Part shown: in pieces, positions 21,798-33,921 of the stretch
Numbering within the stretch: position 1 is the stretch's first letter
Layout: every line of letters begins with the position of its first letter
Assembly: GCA_963698765.1 (NCBI GenBank)
Contig: CAVOSB010000026.1
Coordinates: 10,833-74,832 of the forward strand
From: an uncultured Chloroflexia bacterium
GTDB taxonomy: Bacteria; Chloroflexota; Anaerolineae; Anaerolineales; UBA4823
Direction of reading: 5' to 3'
DNA length: 64,000 bases
Notes under the pieces: generated by a model
What the model saw: the letters and a program-made list of their open reading frames with translations, nothing else
Database searches by the model: none
What the model was told of the DNA's origin: nothing
Program-made: the position numbers and the translations under genes

Positions 21798-23379
21798 GAA
21801 AAAGATCAAAATGCTGGTTATTGGCCTGGACGGGGCTTCTTTAAACTTCGTCCAGCCATGGATCGACGATGGGCTGCTGCCGAATTTCAAAAAACTGGCA
21901 GAGCGAGGCTGCAGCGGTGACCTGGAAAGCTGCCTGCCGCCGGTCACCATGCCAGCCTGGAGGGTGTATTCCACCGGGAAATATCCCGGGAAACTGGGCG
22001 TGTTCTGGCACCAGCAGCTGGACATGAAAAAGCGCTCCGTGATCACCCCGAATGCTGCCATGATTCACTCGGCGGATTACTGGGATTACCTCAACCGGGC
22101 TGGATACCGCAGCGGGGTGTTTGGCATGCCAGACCTGTATCCCCCACGGCCGGTAGATGGATTCGTGGTGTGCGGAGGGCCGAGCGTCTCTTCTGCCGAA
22201 TACTCTTATCCGCAGAAATGGGCGGCAGAACTGGAAAGGGAAGTCAAATACGAGGTGTGCCTGAAGGGTGATTTCTTCGGAGCCGATGCCGACAGCCCGG
22301 TGGTGGCCGAAGCCCTGGGCGTGATCGAGAAGACCTTTCTGGGGGCGGATTATATCTACAGCCGCGACCCGGTGGATTTCTTGAAAGTGGCTATTTTCGA
22401 CATCAACCGCATCCAGCACTTCTTTTACGACCAGAAACCCAGCCTGCAGGCGTGGCAGATTGCCGACCGCTGGCTGGAGAAATTCGCAACAGGATTTGAC
22501 TATATCGGCATCATGTCTGATCACGGCACCGAACCGCTGGAGCGGGCTTTCTTCCTGAACGTGTGGTTAAAACAGGAAGGCTACCTGTTTACCAAATTCA
22601 AACCATTAGACATCCTACCGAAGCTGGGGATCAACCGCACCACTGCCGGCAGGGTCATCAGCTTCCTGGGACTCAAGCGCTTCCTGGACTACGAATCGGT
22701 ACGCAAATACAGCAGTATCTTGCCCTCGGCTACGGGGGTGTTCGGCGAGTTTGGCAACCAGGCTGTGCTCAGCCGCACGGACTGGTCGAAATCCAGGGTG
22801 ATTGCACTGGCCCAGGGACCGATTTATATCAACCGCGAGCTGGTGAAAGACCAGGAAGAATACGAGCGTTTGCGCCGTGAGCTGGTGGAAAAACTGGAAG
22901 CCATGCAGGAACCAAAAAGCGGTAAGAAAGTCTTCAAAAAGGTATACCTGCGTGAAGAAATCTACCAGGGACCGTATGCCGAGATGGCGCCAGACCTGCT
23001 GGCATTGAACTACGACGAATTTCACAACCGGGCGGGTTTGAGCCAGCCGGCTGTCTTTGCCAACTCATGGGCCTGGAAAGGCAACAACCGCCATAAAGGA
23101 ATGTTCATGCTGGCCGGTCCGGGGATTCGACCCGGCGCGACACTGCAAGGGGTACGCATCGTGGACCTGGCGCCCACCATCCTGCACCTGCACGGTGTGG
23201 CCGTGCCGGAAGATATGGACGGACGGGTGCTGGAGGAAGCATTTCTCCCCGATTCTCCCCACAGCCAGAACCCGGTCCAGAAACAAGCTGCGATCGATGT
23301 GGGTTATACTCATGAGAAAGAGGCTGAGTCAGACCAGATCATCAGCGACCGGCTGCGTGACCTGGGATACATCGAATAA
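21787..23379 (+). CDS. Second alkaline phosphatase superfamily protein
   Basis: VIGLDGA, PPVTMPAW, MSDHG, VDLAPTILH, C-terminal RLRDLGY. Confidence 0.88.
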   Translation: MATEKKIKMLVIGLDGASLNFVQPWIDDGLLPNFKKLAERGCSGDLESCLPPVTMPAWRVYSTGKYPGKLGVFWHQQLDMKKRSVITPNAAMIHSADYWDYLNRAGYRSGVFGMPDLYPPRPVDGFVVCGGPSVSSAEYSYPQKWAAELEREVKYEVCLKGDFFGADADSPVVAEALGVIEKTFLGADYIYSRDPVDFLKVAIFDINRIQHFFYDQKPSLQAWQIADRWLEKFATGFDYIGIMSDHGTEPLERAFFLNVWLKQEGYLFTKFKPLDILPKLGINRTTAGRVISFLGLKRFLDYESVRKYSSILPSATGVFGEFGNQAVLSRTDWSKSRVIALAQGPIYINRELVKDQEEYERLRRELVEKLEAMQEPKSGKKVFKKVYLREEIYQGPYAEMAPDLLALNYDEFHNRAGLSQPAVFANSWAWKGNNRHKGMFMLAGPGIRPGATLQGVRIVDLAPTILHLHGVAVPEDMDGRVLEEAFLPDSPHSQNPVQKQAAIDVGYTHEKEAESDQIISDRLRDLGYIE

Positions 23380-23415
23380 ATCAGCTAACATCGAGAGAAT
23401 AATATTATTAACCGT

Positions 23416-26400
23416 ATGAATTATCCTGCTGTTTTAGAGCGCTTTAAGTCTGCAAAGGTCGATCTACGCCAGCAGCGCACATCAATCCTTTTCGCACTGG
23501 CCTCTTCCCTGCTGGTGATCGCCTGGACACTGGCACCCAAAGCGGTTTTACCGGAGATCCTGAGCTTCTTGTTGACGATGTTTACCGTCCTGCTGCTGCC
23601 GGGATTGTGGATTCTGTGGGCAGCTCCCGATGTGGACGGCGGCGACTGGCTGAAGCGCATTCCGCTGGCTTTCACACTCACTTATGCGCTGTGGTCGATT
23701 CCCATTTTCATGATCATGCGCCTGCATGCGACCTGGGAGGCATTTTACGTTCTTTTTATCAGCTTCAGCCTGTTAATTCCGCTGCTGGCGGTCATCCTTG
23801 CCAGGCGTAAAACGATCGAAAGAATCCGGCTGCAGGAGAGCCTCGCTCCAGGAAGAGTCATGGATAAAATCCGATCTTCCAGGATAACCCTGTCGAATGC
23901 CCTGCTAATCATCCTGGTACTGGCCTGCGCGGCGGCATTGATTCCGCTGTCATCCAGCGGGTATGTCGACGGCGATGTGCTCACACATGTTGCCATGATC
24001 CGCAATGTACTGGAATCCCCACGCTTCAGCATGGAAGAACCACTGTTCGGGGCAGGATTACCGGCACCCACGCGGGCGCGGCCAATCCCTGGCTGCTGCT
24101 GCCGGCATTCATGTCGCGGGTCTCGGGGATCGATCCGCTGCACCTGATCAACACGTATCTTCCGCCAACGCTGGGTATCCTGGCGATCCTGGCTGTTTAC
24201 CTGCTGGTTTCCGAGCTGAGCGGGAAGAAATCGTTGGCACTTTTTACGACAGTCTTCTTTGTGATCTACCTGGCTGCTGAGCCATTTCACCGCCACGGAA
24301 ACCAGTCATATATCCTGTTTCGCAGGATCATCTCGGATAAGCATTTCCTGCTGGCAATCCTGCTGCCCGTGGGGATCGTATTTGCGCAGCGCTACCTGCG
24401 ATCGGGATTGACCCGCTTCCTGGTGCTGTTCGGACTGACCGGGATGGGCATTGCATTCACACATTCGCTGGTCACGCTGTTCTTGCTGATCTCGACCTCG
24501 GTATTCGCGACCGGTTACTTGCTCGTGGATTGGATCAACCAGCAAGCCTTCATCAAGAAGACTGCCTGGCGGGTGGCAGCCCTGGTTGTATCGACCGGAG
24601 TGCTGATGACGATTCCACTGCTGCAAAGCCGCAAGGAATCCGATCGCATTTCTTACTTATTCTTGAATGACCTATCCAGGATATCGCTGGTGAGCGATAA
24701 AACCCTGATTTCACCGGTCACCAGCGTTGATTCGCTGAGCGTACCGGGCCAGAAGGTGCCATACCTGGGAGAGGTGGAAGTTGAGAATGCCAACCCGTAC
24801 CTGGTTAGGCGGCTGTACGGGCAGCTCAAGGCAAAGGGGCTGCTGGTCTTATCTTCCACCATGTTTATGAGCCATCCGGATCTGCTGTGGGATTTGGGTA
24901 CGATCCTGGCATTGTGCCTGACGCCTTTTTTGCTGTTGTGGGTGCGAAAAGACAACCTGGCACTATACCTGTTCGCTGTCACCATCACCTACCCGTTAAT
25001 CAACTTCATTCCATTCATGGCGCCGCTGGCGAGCCGCTTCGTGACACCCTGGCTGCTGTACCGCTTCACCTGGCCGCTACCACTGGTCCTGACACTGGCA
25101 TATTTCCTTTATTAAATTCGCCGAATGGTTCGAAATACCGTTTTCCCGCTTCCAGCCGCGAAAAATAAACCTGGCAGGCCTGCCGGCGGTGGTGTTATTA
25201 CTGCTAATGGCGACCTGGCTACGTGGGGATATCCAGGAATTTGCAAGATCCCTGCTGGATAAACGAAATCCTACCCAAATTTTTTCGAATGAGCTGATCG
25301 ATTTCATACGCGAACGAGTGAGCTCCGATCCCCTTACCGGCAGTACGGGAGAAGTGCTCTTATCCGACTATTCTTCGAACCTGATTTTTGCGGCATTTTT
25401 CGACCATCCAAACCTGGTCGCCCACCGCTACAACACCACCAGTGAGGAATTCATCGCCAGCCGGCAAGATGAGGCCTTGCAGCGCTCGCTGGATGTCGAT
25501 TATTTTACTGAAGCAACCTTGCTCGATAACCGGATTATGGAAATCATCCGCGATCATGGAGTCAGCCACGTGCTGGTGCGGTCGAATCGAGCGCTCAACT
25601 GCCAGCTGTCATATTACCCCTCAGCTTTTAATGAACTGTACCGCGACCAGGCTTACACTCTTTATGAAGTAAAGGCACCTGTGCAGGATGACCCGACTAT
25701 CCAGGCCAATTCCTGGCTGCTGGAGGGAAATCTCGAGTCGGCTTTCTCTGCATACCAGGACGGCTTGAGACTAGAACCGACCTCACTTCCCGCCCTGCTC
25801 GGAATTTCCGAAGTCTATACGCGCAACGGAGAGCCGTCGCTGGCACTGGATTACCTGCAGCAGGCCCTGAACACTTCGGCAGAAAACCCGTGTGTGTTGA
25901 AGGCGCTGGCAAGCGGCTATTTCAATTCCGGCGACTTGGACAGGGCAGCAGAAAGCTACCGCCAGGCTATCGCTGCTGCCCCCTGGGATGAGAAACTGTA
26001 CCGAGCACTGGGGGATGTACGTTTGCTGCAGGACCGTTTTGACGAGGCAAAAGAAGCATACAGCAAATCCATCCAGATCCAGCTGGATACCGATCCATTT
26101 TCTTTTAAAGAAATTCACACCACACAACAAACAAAGACCGGGCTTCCTGCCAGCTCCCCCGGAGCAACCAGTGAAGAAATCGTTCCTCGGATACCGAGCT
26201 ATCAAGATACAGTGTCCGAGTTTTTTCGCACCAGGGGGTTAAGCGATGTGGAAGAGGCCGCAACAACCGCCTCCTTGCAGACTGACAGCAACCAGGTGCC
26301 GGTGCTGGCTGTAAATAAAACCGATCAAGAGAACACAAACAACGAACGCCCAAACGGCCTTAGTTATTACCAGGCAGGAAATTTTTTCCTTTCGAGGGAA

Positions 26401-29400
26401 AAATTCGACCAGGCACTGGCTTCTTATCACAACGCGATCCAGTCGGCGTTATTGAACCTGGACTGGGGGGTGGACGCGCGTGTAGCAGTCGGATTGGCGT
26501 ATAAAGAGATGGGATCTCTCGACAAGGCAATCGAGACTTTCCAGGAGATCCCAAATTACATCACCTCTGTCACCGAACCTTATCTCGAACTCGCCAGGAT
26601 CTACCAGGATCAGGGTAATCTGCAAGCGGCGCTGCAGCTATACGACCAGGCCATTCAGATCTATCCGGATGATATCCGTGCCTTCCTGGGAAAAAGCGAG
26701 ATCTTCCTGGAGCAAGGCAATGAAGTCCTGGCGCTCGAAGAATATGAAAAGGCGTTAGAAGCAAATCCCAGATCTTCCATGACCTGGAACGCCATCGGCG
26801 AGCTGTATATTAAGCAGGGTAAATTGGAACAGGCCAGCCAGGCGTTTTTCAAATCCCTGGAGCTGACTCCGGTCAACGAACCTGCCTATCTCGGGTTAGC
26901 GACCGTGTACCAGCAAGAAAGCCGCATCGACGCCATGCTGGCCAACACGCGCAACGCTATCATCAGCGCTCCGAATTCTTCGAACGCTTATATATTCCTG
27001 GGAGATGCTCTACGAGCCCAGAAACGGATCGACCAGGCAGCCGCTGCATATAAGCGGGCCATCGAACTGAACCCGATCGAAGCCGCGGCTTACAGCAAGC
27101 TGGTTTCGCTCAGCCCGAGCCCACAGCTGGCAGCCGACATTGAGGCGCAGCTCAACTCGTTCTCTTTCCGCAGCGAGCCTTCGGGTTCGGTCTGGAGCGT
27201 GCTAGCGAACGCTTACGGTCAGCAGGCCGATTTTGAGCAGGCGAAGACCTTCTACCAGCGCGCTATCCAGACCGATCCTACCCTGACGCAAGCCTATATC
27301 GGCCTGGGGGAGCTGGATTTACTCATGTCGAACGACCGGACGAGCGCTTTGAAGTTATACCAGCAGGCTGTACAGTCGGATCCTGAATCGATCCGGGCGT
27401 ATTCAGAAGTCGCCAATTTTTACCTGGCGCAGGGTCAGCTGGAAACGGCTCTGGCAGCATACCAGGCCCTGGTTGCGGATTTTCCAAACCAGGCGGTTGG
27501 CTACCTGGGCTTGAATAACGTGCACCGCAGGATGGGAAATCAAAACCAGGCACTCGAAATTCTGCGCCAGGCGGTGGAGAGCAATCCAATCTCAGCGGAA
27601 ATTTACATGGCGTACGCCGACCAGCTGCTGCAAAACGGTGACCTGAATAGCGCCAGCGAAATGTACACGCAGGGACTGCAAATCGATCCCGGCGTGGTGA
27701 ACAGCCTGGCCGTAATCGAGCGCATTACCAGGGTGGTGGGTGACCGCCAACAGGTCCGCAACTTGATTGATCGATCGGGCAACTCAGCTGGACTTTCCGA
27801 TGGTGCAAAAGTTGCCTTAGCCCTGCTGGACGAATCGGAAGGTGACTTCGAAAGCGCAGAAAGACTGCTGATCGAAGTCAAGGATGGGGATACTCTCAAT
27901 CCTGCCAATTTCCTGCAACTGGGGGAGTTCTACCAGCGGCGCCAGCGGTGGCAGGAAGCAAACCAATTGTTCAACCAGGCCCTGGCGCTGGCGCCCTTCG
28001 ATGCGACGATCTCTCTTGAGATCGCCTCGACTTATTCCAACATGAAGAGCTTTTCCGAAGCGGAGAACTGGTTTCGTAAGGCCCAGAGCCTGGATGCCAG
28101 CGATCCATCGGCGGCGATCGGACTGGCAGAAGTAAATAAAACGCGCGGCAGCTGGGATGCTGCCCTGGAAAACCTGGAGCAAGCTGCAGACACTGCCCCC
28201 AGTAATGCTGTCGTGCACATGGCTCTTGGCAACCTGTACCGGGATACCGGAAGACTTTCAGAAGCGGAGCAGGAATTCAAAACCGCCTGCGGCCTGGATC
28301 AGAGCCAGCTAAGCTGCTATATCTCGCTGGGTGCGCTGTATGAAACCACCCAGCGCTGGCAGGATGCGCTGGAAATCTACACGAAAATCACCGATGGCGC
28401 TCCATACGAAGCTTCCGGTCATGTGAACCTGGCACGCATTTACCAGCAAACTGGTCAGAATGAGAAAGCCGAGGAAATCCTGGACATGGGACTCGATCAA
28501 AGCCTGGACAAGGAATACATCCTGGTGAACCGGGCACAGCTTTATGCATCTCAGAGACTCTGGGACCAGGCCCGAGCCGATTTGGAGACCGCCAGCCAGG
28601 GCAACCCGGATTCGGTCTTCAGCGAAATACGCCTGGCGCAGTTCCTGATCCAAAGGGGACAGATGGTTGAAGCACTGGCTATGCTGAAGACGATTGACCG
28701 GGATGCGGAAGCCGGTCCAGCTTCGAAAGTCGCCCTGGGTGATTACTATGCAAAACAGGCTGATTGGCAGAAAGCCACATCTTTTTACCAGGCAGCGCTG
28801 GACCTGGATCCAGCATTCACCGAAGCCGCTCTCGGCCTGGCGTACGTGCAACGGGTGCTCGGAAATCCTGAGCAGGCTGAGCAGATATACCAGTCGATGT
28901 TGCACCTTTCTCCTGATAATCCTGAGCTTTACCTGGCAATCGGCGACTCTGAATTAAATCGTGGGAACGTCTCCGAGGCAAGAGAAGCCTATCACAAAGC
29001 CCTGGAATTGGCACCAAACTTAGTCGCCGCCTACTGGCGGATAGAGAAAATCGCACAAATTTCAGGCAATTCCGACAATAAATTGAAAATATTGGAAGAT
29101 CTGGTCAAAAATGAGCCAACTCCCGATTTATTGATTGAATTAGGACAGCTTTACCAGGCGGAAGGCAAATGGGAGCAGGCTTTCTCACTCTACCAGCATT
29201 CAGCTGCCCGCTTCCCGGAACATGGGGATACCTGGCAGGCGATCGGCAATTATTACCAATATTTCGGGGATTGGGAAAAAGCGCTGGAGGCCTATGATGC
29301 GGCCATCCAGCATAATCCAGCCTCTTACCTGGCCTGGCAGTCCAAAGGCTCAATCCTGCAGTCTTTAGGCCGGATGGATGAAGCTTTGGAAAGTTACGAT

Positions 29401-30202
29401 GTGGCGATCGATCTAGATAGGTCGCAGATTTCCGGGTATATCGCCAAAGCGAACTTGCTGAACGAGACCGAACAGAGGGAATCCGCCATCTCCACCCTGA
29501 ACCAGGCCATCCAGGCAAATCCTACCAGCACCGAAGGCTACCTGTATTTGAGCCAGCTGCACTCTGAGAAAAATGAAACCCAGCAGGCATTGGAGGTAAT
29601 CCAGCAGGGAATCGCCATCCTGCCCGGCTCTGCCGAGATGCACACCGCACGCGGGGAGGTATTGCAGCATCTGGCGTTCGACCTGAAAGAAAAGCTGGAT
29701 GCTTCTCAAGCAAACGACCTGAACGCTGAAGAACTGCAAGAGTTCCAAACAGCGAACGAAGCCGAGCTCCAGCGCATCCAGCTGCTTCTTGATGAAGCCG
29801 GCATCGCCTATGATCAGGCCTTGGAAATTCAACCGATCAACGCCACAGCCCTGATTGGGCAGGGGCAAATCGCTGCCCTGGCAGACGACCATCCGAAAGC
29901 ACTGGAATATTTCTCACGCGCCGCCCGATTTTAACCCGTTAATGGACAAAGTCTGGATCAGCATCGGGGAATACTATCTGCAGAAAAAAGACTGGCAGGA
30001 AGCGTACGACGCTTTCCTAAAAGCCATGCTGCTTTCACCATCCAATCCCAGAGCGCGCTTTGGATTGAGCGAGGCGATGGCGGGATTAAAGCTTGCCGAT
30101 TCATCCACTGCAGCTTTTTCGATTCAAAACAGTCTCTTTTTATGGGATCGAATCATCAACCGCTCGGGTCGTACTCCCACCCGTACTGGAAGGTTACAAT
30201 GA
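23416..30202 (+). CDS. Giant multi-pass membrane protein (DUF6077/GT-C-like) fused to a long TPR array; probably one gene split by frameshifts
   Basis: ORFs 23416-24147, 24111-25115, 25189-29934 and 29855-30202 overlap or abut with continuous domain logic; >12 TM segments followed by many A.A...LG..Y...G....A...Y..AL...P repeats. Confidence 0.7.
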
Positions 30203-31097
30203 GCCATTTGGATAAGCGCTACTTTATAATCGTTTTACCTCTTCGCTGATTCTTTCGGCGCAATCCTGCGGATTCATTCCAGCTCCAGCGACGTCCACCA
30301 CCTCGGCGACGCTGGCTGCGGCTAGAACACGGCCCCCCACCACAATGCCACGTGCGACGCCAACGAACATTCAGCCAGTAGTTGAATCCACTTCAGATGA
30401 AACCTCTTTACTTGAAAGCGGCGAGCTGATGATCGGGTATCCTTATTCTCCATCTTTTGTCGATTATTTCAACAGTATTAACCTGCCGACCGATTACGTC
30501 GCGGTCGGTTTACCCGGCCTGGAGACCCTCAGCACGCTAACCGTCGGTCAAAAGGTCTTGATGTTCGGTTCTGTCGCGCGATTGAAAGAATACCCCGAGG
30601 AGGCTTTTTCCAAGGTTGATACGATCGGGTTCGACCTGGAACGAGGTGCCGTACCGCAGGAAGAACAGGAAGACCTGGTTCGCACCGTGCAGGAAGCCGC
30701 CGAATTTGCGAGGGGAAAGAATGTGAAATTCATGTTGGCTCCCGTCTCTCGCTGGACTGAGCAATACGGCGAGCTGCTGGTGCCATATGCCGATGTGATC
30801 GTGATGCAAATGATGCGCTACCAGTCAGACCCCCTGCTCTGCCCGGAGAAAATCCGAGAATTCAGCCGGAAATTACGGGCTGCCAACCCGGAGCTGGAAA
30901 TATTCGTGCAATTATCGACCCAAAGGGAGGAAACACCCGCCCAGTTATATGCCTGCATTGACGCCGTTCGTGATGAGATCGACGGCGTATGGATACAGTG
31001 GCATTACCGGGACGAAGGTAGCGGGCCGAAAGAAGGTCCACCTAATTTTGAGGAGCTGCTGGAGCTGATCGGTTTGATTCGGCCGACTCCCCAGTAA
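30199..31097 (+). CDS. Hypothetical exported protein, possible glycoside hydrolase-like TIM barrel
   Basis: ATGA overlap with the upstream gene, Thr/Pro-rich linker, IGFDLE segment; N-terminus frameshifted. Confidence 0.45.
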
Positions 31098-31104
31098 ACG
31101 AGCC

Positions 31105-32263
31105 CTAATTTCCGCCCGAATGAGGCACGACCCCATCCAGATAGAACACCCCGTGATAGCGGGTGCCCAACCACAGGACATTCGACCAGGGATCGGCAGC
31201 CCAGGCCGAATAGCGCAGGTTCGCCGGATCTGGTATCAGGGTAGAGAGATCGGCAAATAAATTCGTCCAGGTAGCCCCATTGTCCAGGCTGCGCTGCATA
31301 TCAGAAAAGATTGGGCAGGGGGCGACAGGGCTGATGAAAAGATCATCGTCGATCAAGGGCAGGGTGACCCAGGTGGTACCGCTGTCATCGCTGCGTCGGT
31401 GGAACTGGTCTGAGGTGCCGTACCCCTGGCGGGTGATGAAAATCTGCTCGGGTACACAGGGATTGAAAGTAATCGTGGTGAGCCGCTTGGTGGCAGGAAA
31501 ATTCTCTTCCACCCGGCTCCAGTTATCACCGCCGTCCAGGCTGACAAATAAACGAGTTCACGCGCGGGTTAGTGGACAAATCCGTATTCCCACCAGCATA
31601 AATCTTGTCAGGAGTAATGGGATCGAAAGCCAGCGAGATGATCCCCTCCGTTGATCCCACGGATAAATTCTTCTCTATCCAGGTCTTTCCGGCATCTTCC
31701 GTCTCGTATACGTTATATGGGACGTCGGCGTTGATTCCGATGAACACGTGATCGGAATTCACCGGATCGACTGCGACCGCCCACCCGCCGCCAGTATTCG
31801 CAGCCGGCCAGATGTTGGTCCAGGTGGAACCGCGATTGGTGCTGCGCAGCACACGGTTGATGGCGGTCGCATACAGGATATTGGGGTCCGATTTGGATAC
31901 TGCCAGCTGGCGGACGCTGGGGTCCGGGGCATGGGCAAATCCCCAGACTTCACTCCAGGACTGCCCATGATCCGCGCTTTTATACATGCCAGAATCACGG
32001 TAGGCGATCAAGATTTCGTGTGGCGAAGACGGGTTTATCAAAATATCTCGTACCCAATCATCCGGCAGCCCGTTGGTCATCGCTTTCCAATTCAAGGCAG
32101 AGCGGGTGACGGAAGGGAGATAAATCTCGAAGTTGGCAGGTTGTGCCCCCACTTCAATTGGATGACCGGCTAATGTATGAAGGAAAATAAATGTGAGTAA
32201 GAATTGTAAGCAGCGATGAGATGCGCGTTTCATTGGAAGACTCCGATAAATTGTTTTCATCAA
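31105..32263 (-). CDS. Secreted BNR/Asp-box beta-propeller protein (frameshifted near 31530)
   Basis: SADHGQSW, STNRGSTW, TEDAGKTW, SDDSGTTW, SLDNGATW; FEIYLPSV motif after the signal peptide. Confidence 0.8.
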
Positions 32264-32391
32264 TATATTTTATTTATACCGTATGGCGAGCCCAGCCAGC
32301 CTTTCAGCTTTGAAAAGCTCGGAATACAATTGCAAGCAAAATGAATGCTACCTTAATTATCCCCCAGGTACAATCCAACGAAGGTACCGGT

Positions 32392-32507
32392 TGTTATCCC
32401 GAACGTAGTGATTGATCTGACATGAAAAACAGGTTCTTCGTTTCCTGGCCCTGGAAAATGCATCCAGGGTGAACTCCTAACGCCAGGACAGGACGCTCAG
32501 GATGACA
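32392..32507. repeat. Degenerate TGTCATCCTGAGCG...CGCTCAGGATGACA inverted-repeat element with a nested insert
   Basis: Left arm TGTTATCCCGAACGTAGTGA, right arm CGCTCAGGATGACA; insert at 32444-32493. Confidence 0.6.
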
Positions 32508-32518
32508 TTAAAAAAGAG

Positions 32519-32592
32519 CGGTCCCGACGGGATTCGAACCCGCGATCTCGGCCTTGACAGGGCCGCATGTTTGGCCGCTACACCACGGGACC
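32519..32592 (-). tRNA. tRNA-Asp (GTC)
   Basis: GGTCCCG acceptor stem, anticodon loop CTGTCAA, GGTTCGAATCC T-arm; CCA not encoded. Confidence 0.97.
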
Positions 32593-32642
32593 ATGGCGAA
32601 CGGTATCTTACCATAGCGGTCAGGCAGCGTCAATAGCACGGT

Positions 32643-33264
32643 TCAGGCAGACCAGGTCACATCGCCAAACAGACCCGTAGGCCAGCCTCGGCGGAGGAAA
32701 GCCTCGAAGAGCGGACGCTCATCGCCAATGCGGCCGTAGGCACCGTGCCCGGGAAAGAAGAGGGTCTCATCCGGCCAGGCGAATACAATTTCCTGCATGG
32801 TCTGCATCTGGCGGTTGAAATCCTCGGCCAACCAGGTTTTGCCGGGACCGCCTCTAAATACTGTATCCCCGACCAACACCCGCCCATCACCCAGGTCGAA
32901 GCAGCACATCCCGGGTGTGTGTCCGGGGGTGTGCAGCACCCGCAGATGTGCACCTCCGACGAAGATTTCCTTTCCATCCACCAATGGCAGATCATACTTT
33001 AAGCTGAAAACGTTTTGCATCGGCAGGGTGCATGTGAACCAATGCACTGGTTGCCTCACGTATGTCCTGCAGTGCCCCCACATGGTCTTCGTGCCCGTGG
33101 GTGATCAGGATATCCGATACCCTGGTCCCCGCTGTTCGATCCATGATCTGTGCCGGATCGGCACCGGGGTCTATGATTGCACTGGTATTGGCCTGTTCAT
33201 CAACCAAGATATACGAGTTCATTGGCCAGGGTCCTACCTGGCAGATTTTAAGATCGAATGTCAT
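32643..33264 (-). CDS. MBL-fold metallo-hydrolase (glyoxalase II-like), frameshifted
   Basis: IDPG, THGHEDH, TPGHTPG, GDTVF, PGHG. Confidence 0.88.
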
Positions 33265-33338
33265 TGGTTTCAGCCTTATTTTTGATCCTATTCATGATCA
33301 GCCATTATAATTCAAAGAAAAACAGGGAGCCGCTTAGC

Positions 33339-33869
33339 ATGAGCAAAAAGAAAACGCATCGAAAACCAGGCACTTCTGGCAGCGGACAAAATACAAGCGC
33401 CAAGAAAACAAATATTGATAACCGCAAGTCGATCAAGGCGAAAAAGAGAAGCACAGCCTCCAGGCCGTGGCTGTGGTATGCGCTGGGGGGGGCGGCTATC
33501 CTGGTGGTCATCGCCGTAGTGGCTTACCTGCTGGTACAGGCTGAGCCTGCCCCGGTGGAAGTTCAAATCCCGGCCAGCCAGGCGTATGAGAAATACCAAT
33601 CCGGCGCTTTCTTCCTGGATGTGCGCAGCCAGGCGGAATGGGAAGAGATCCACATTCCCAATTCCACCCTGATCTCATTGGATGAACTGCCTGCCCGCCT
33701 GGCCGAGCTGCCGACGGACAATGAGATCGTAGCCGTGTGCCTGGTCGGCAAGCGCAGCCAGGAAGGGCAGAAGATCCTGGCGGAGGCCGGATTTGAGAAT
33801 GTGTACTGCCTGGAGGGCGGGATCCAGGAGTGGAAGGCTGCAGGCTACCCGACCGAAGGAAATGGCTGA
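33339..33869 (+). CDS. Membrane-anchored rhodanese domain protein
   Basis: TM helix, LDVRS..EW...HIP, active-site CLVGKRS, LEGGIQEW. Confidence 0.9.
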   Translation: MSKKKTHRKPGTSGSGQNTSAKKTNIDNRKSIKAKKRSTASRPWLWYALGGAAILVVIAVVAYLLVQAEPAPVEVQIPASQAYEKYQSGAFFLDVRSQAEWEEIHIPNSTLISLDELPARLAELPTDNEIVAVCLVGKRSQEGQKILAEAGFENVYCLEGGIQEWKAAGYPTEGNG

Positions 33870-33921
33870 CAGGTGTATCGGAAGTCGAAAAAAGTCTGGA
33901 ATTTACTGCTAACAGGAGAAC

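Noticed and set aside
14400..32592. Glycosylation locus as a tRNA-Asp-integrated genomic island
   Set aside because: It lies off the tRNA 3' end, but I found no integrase and no duplicated tRNA 3' fragment (att site).
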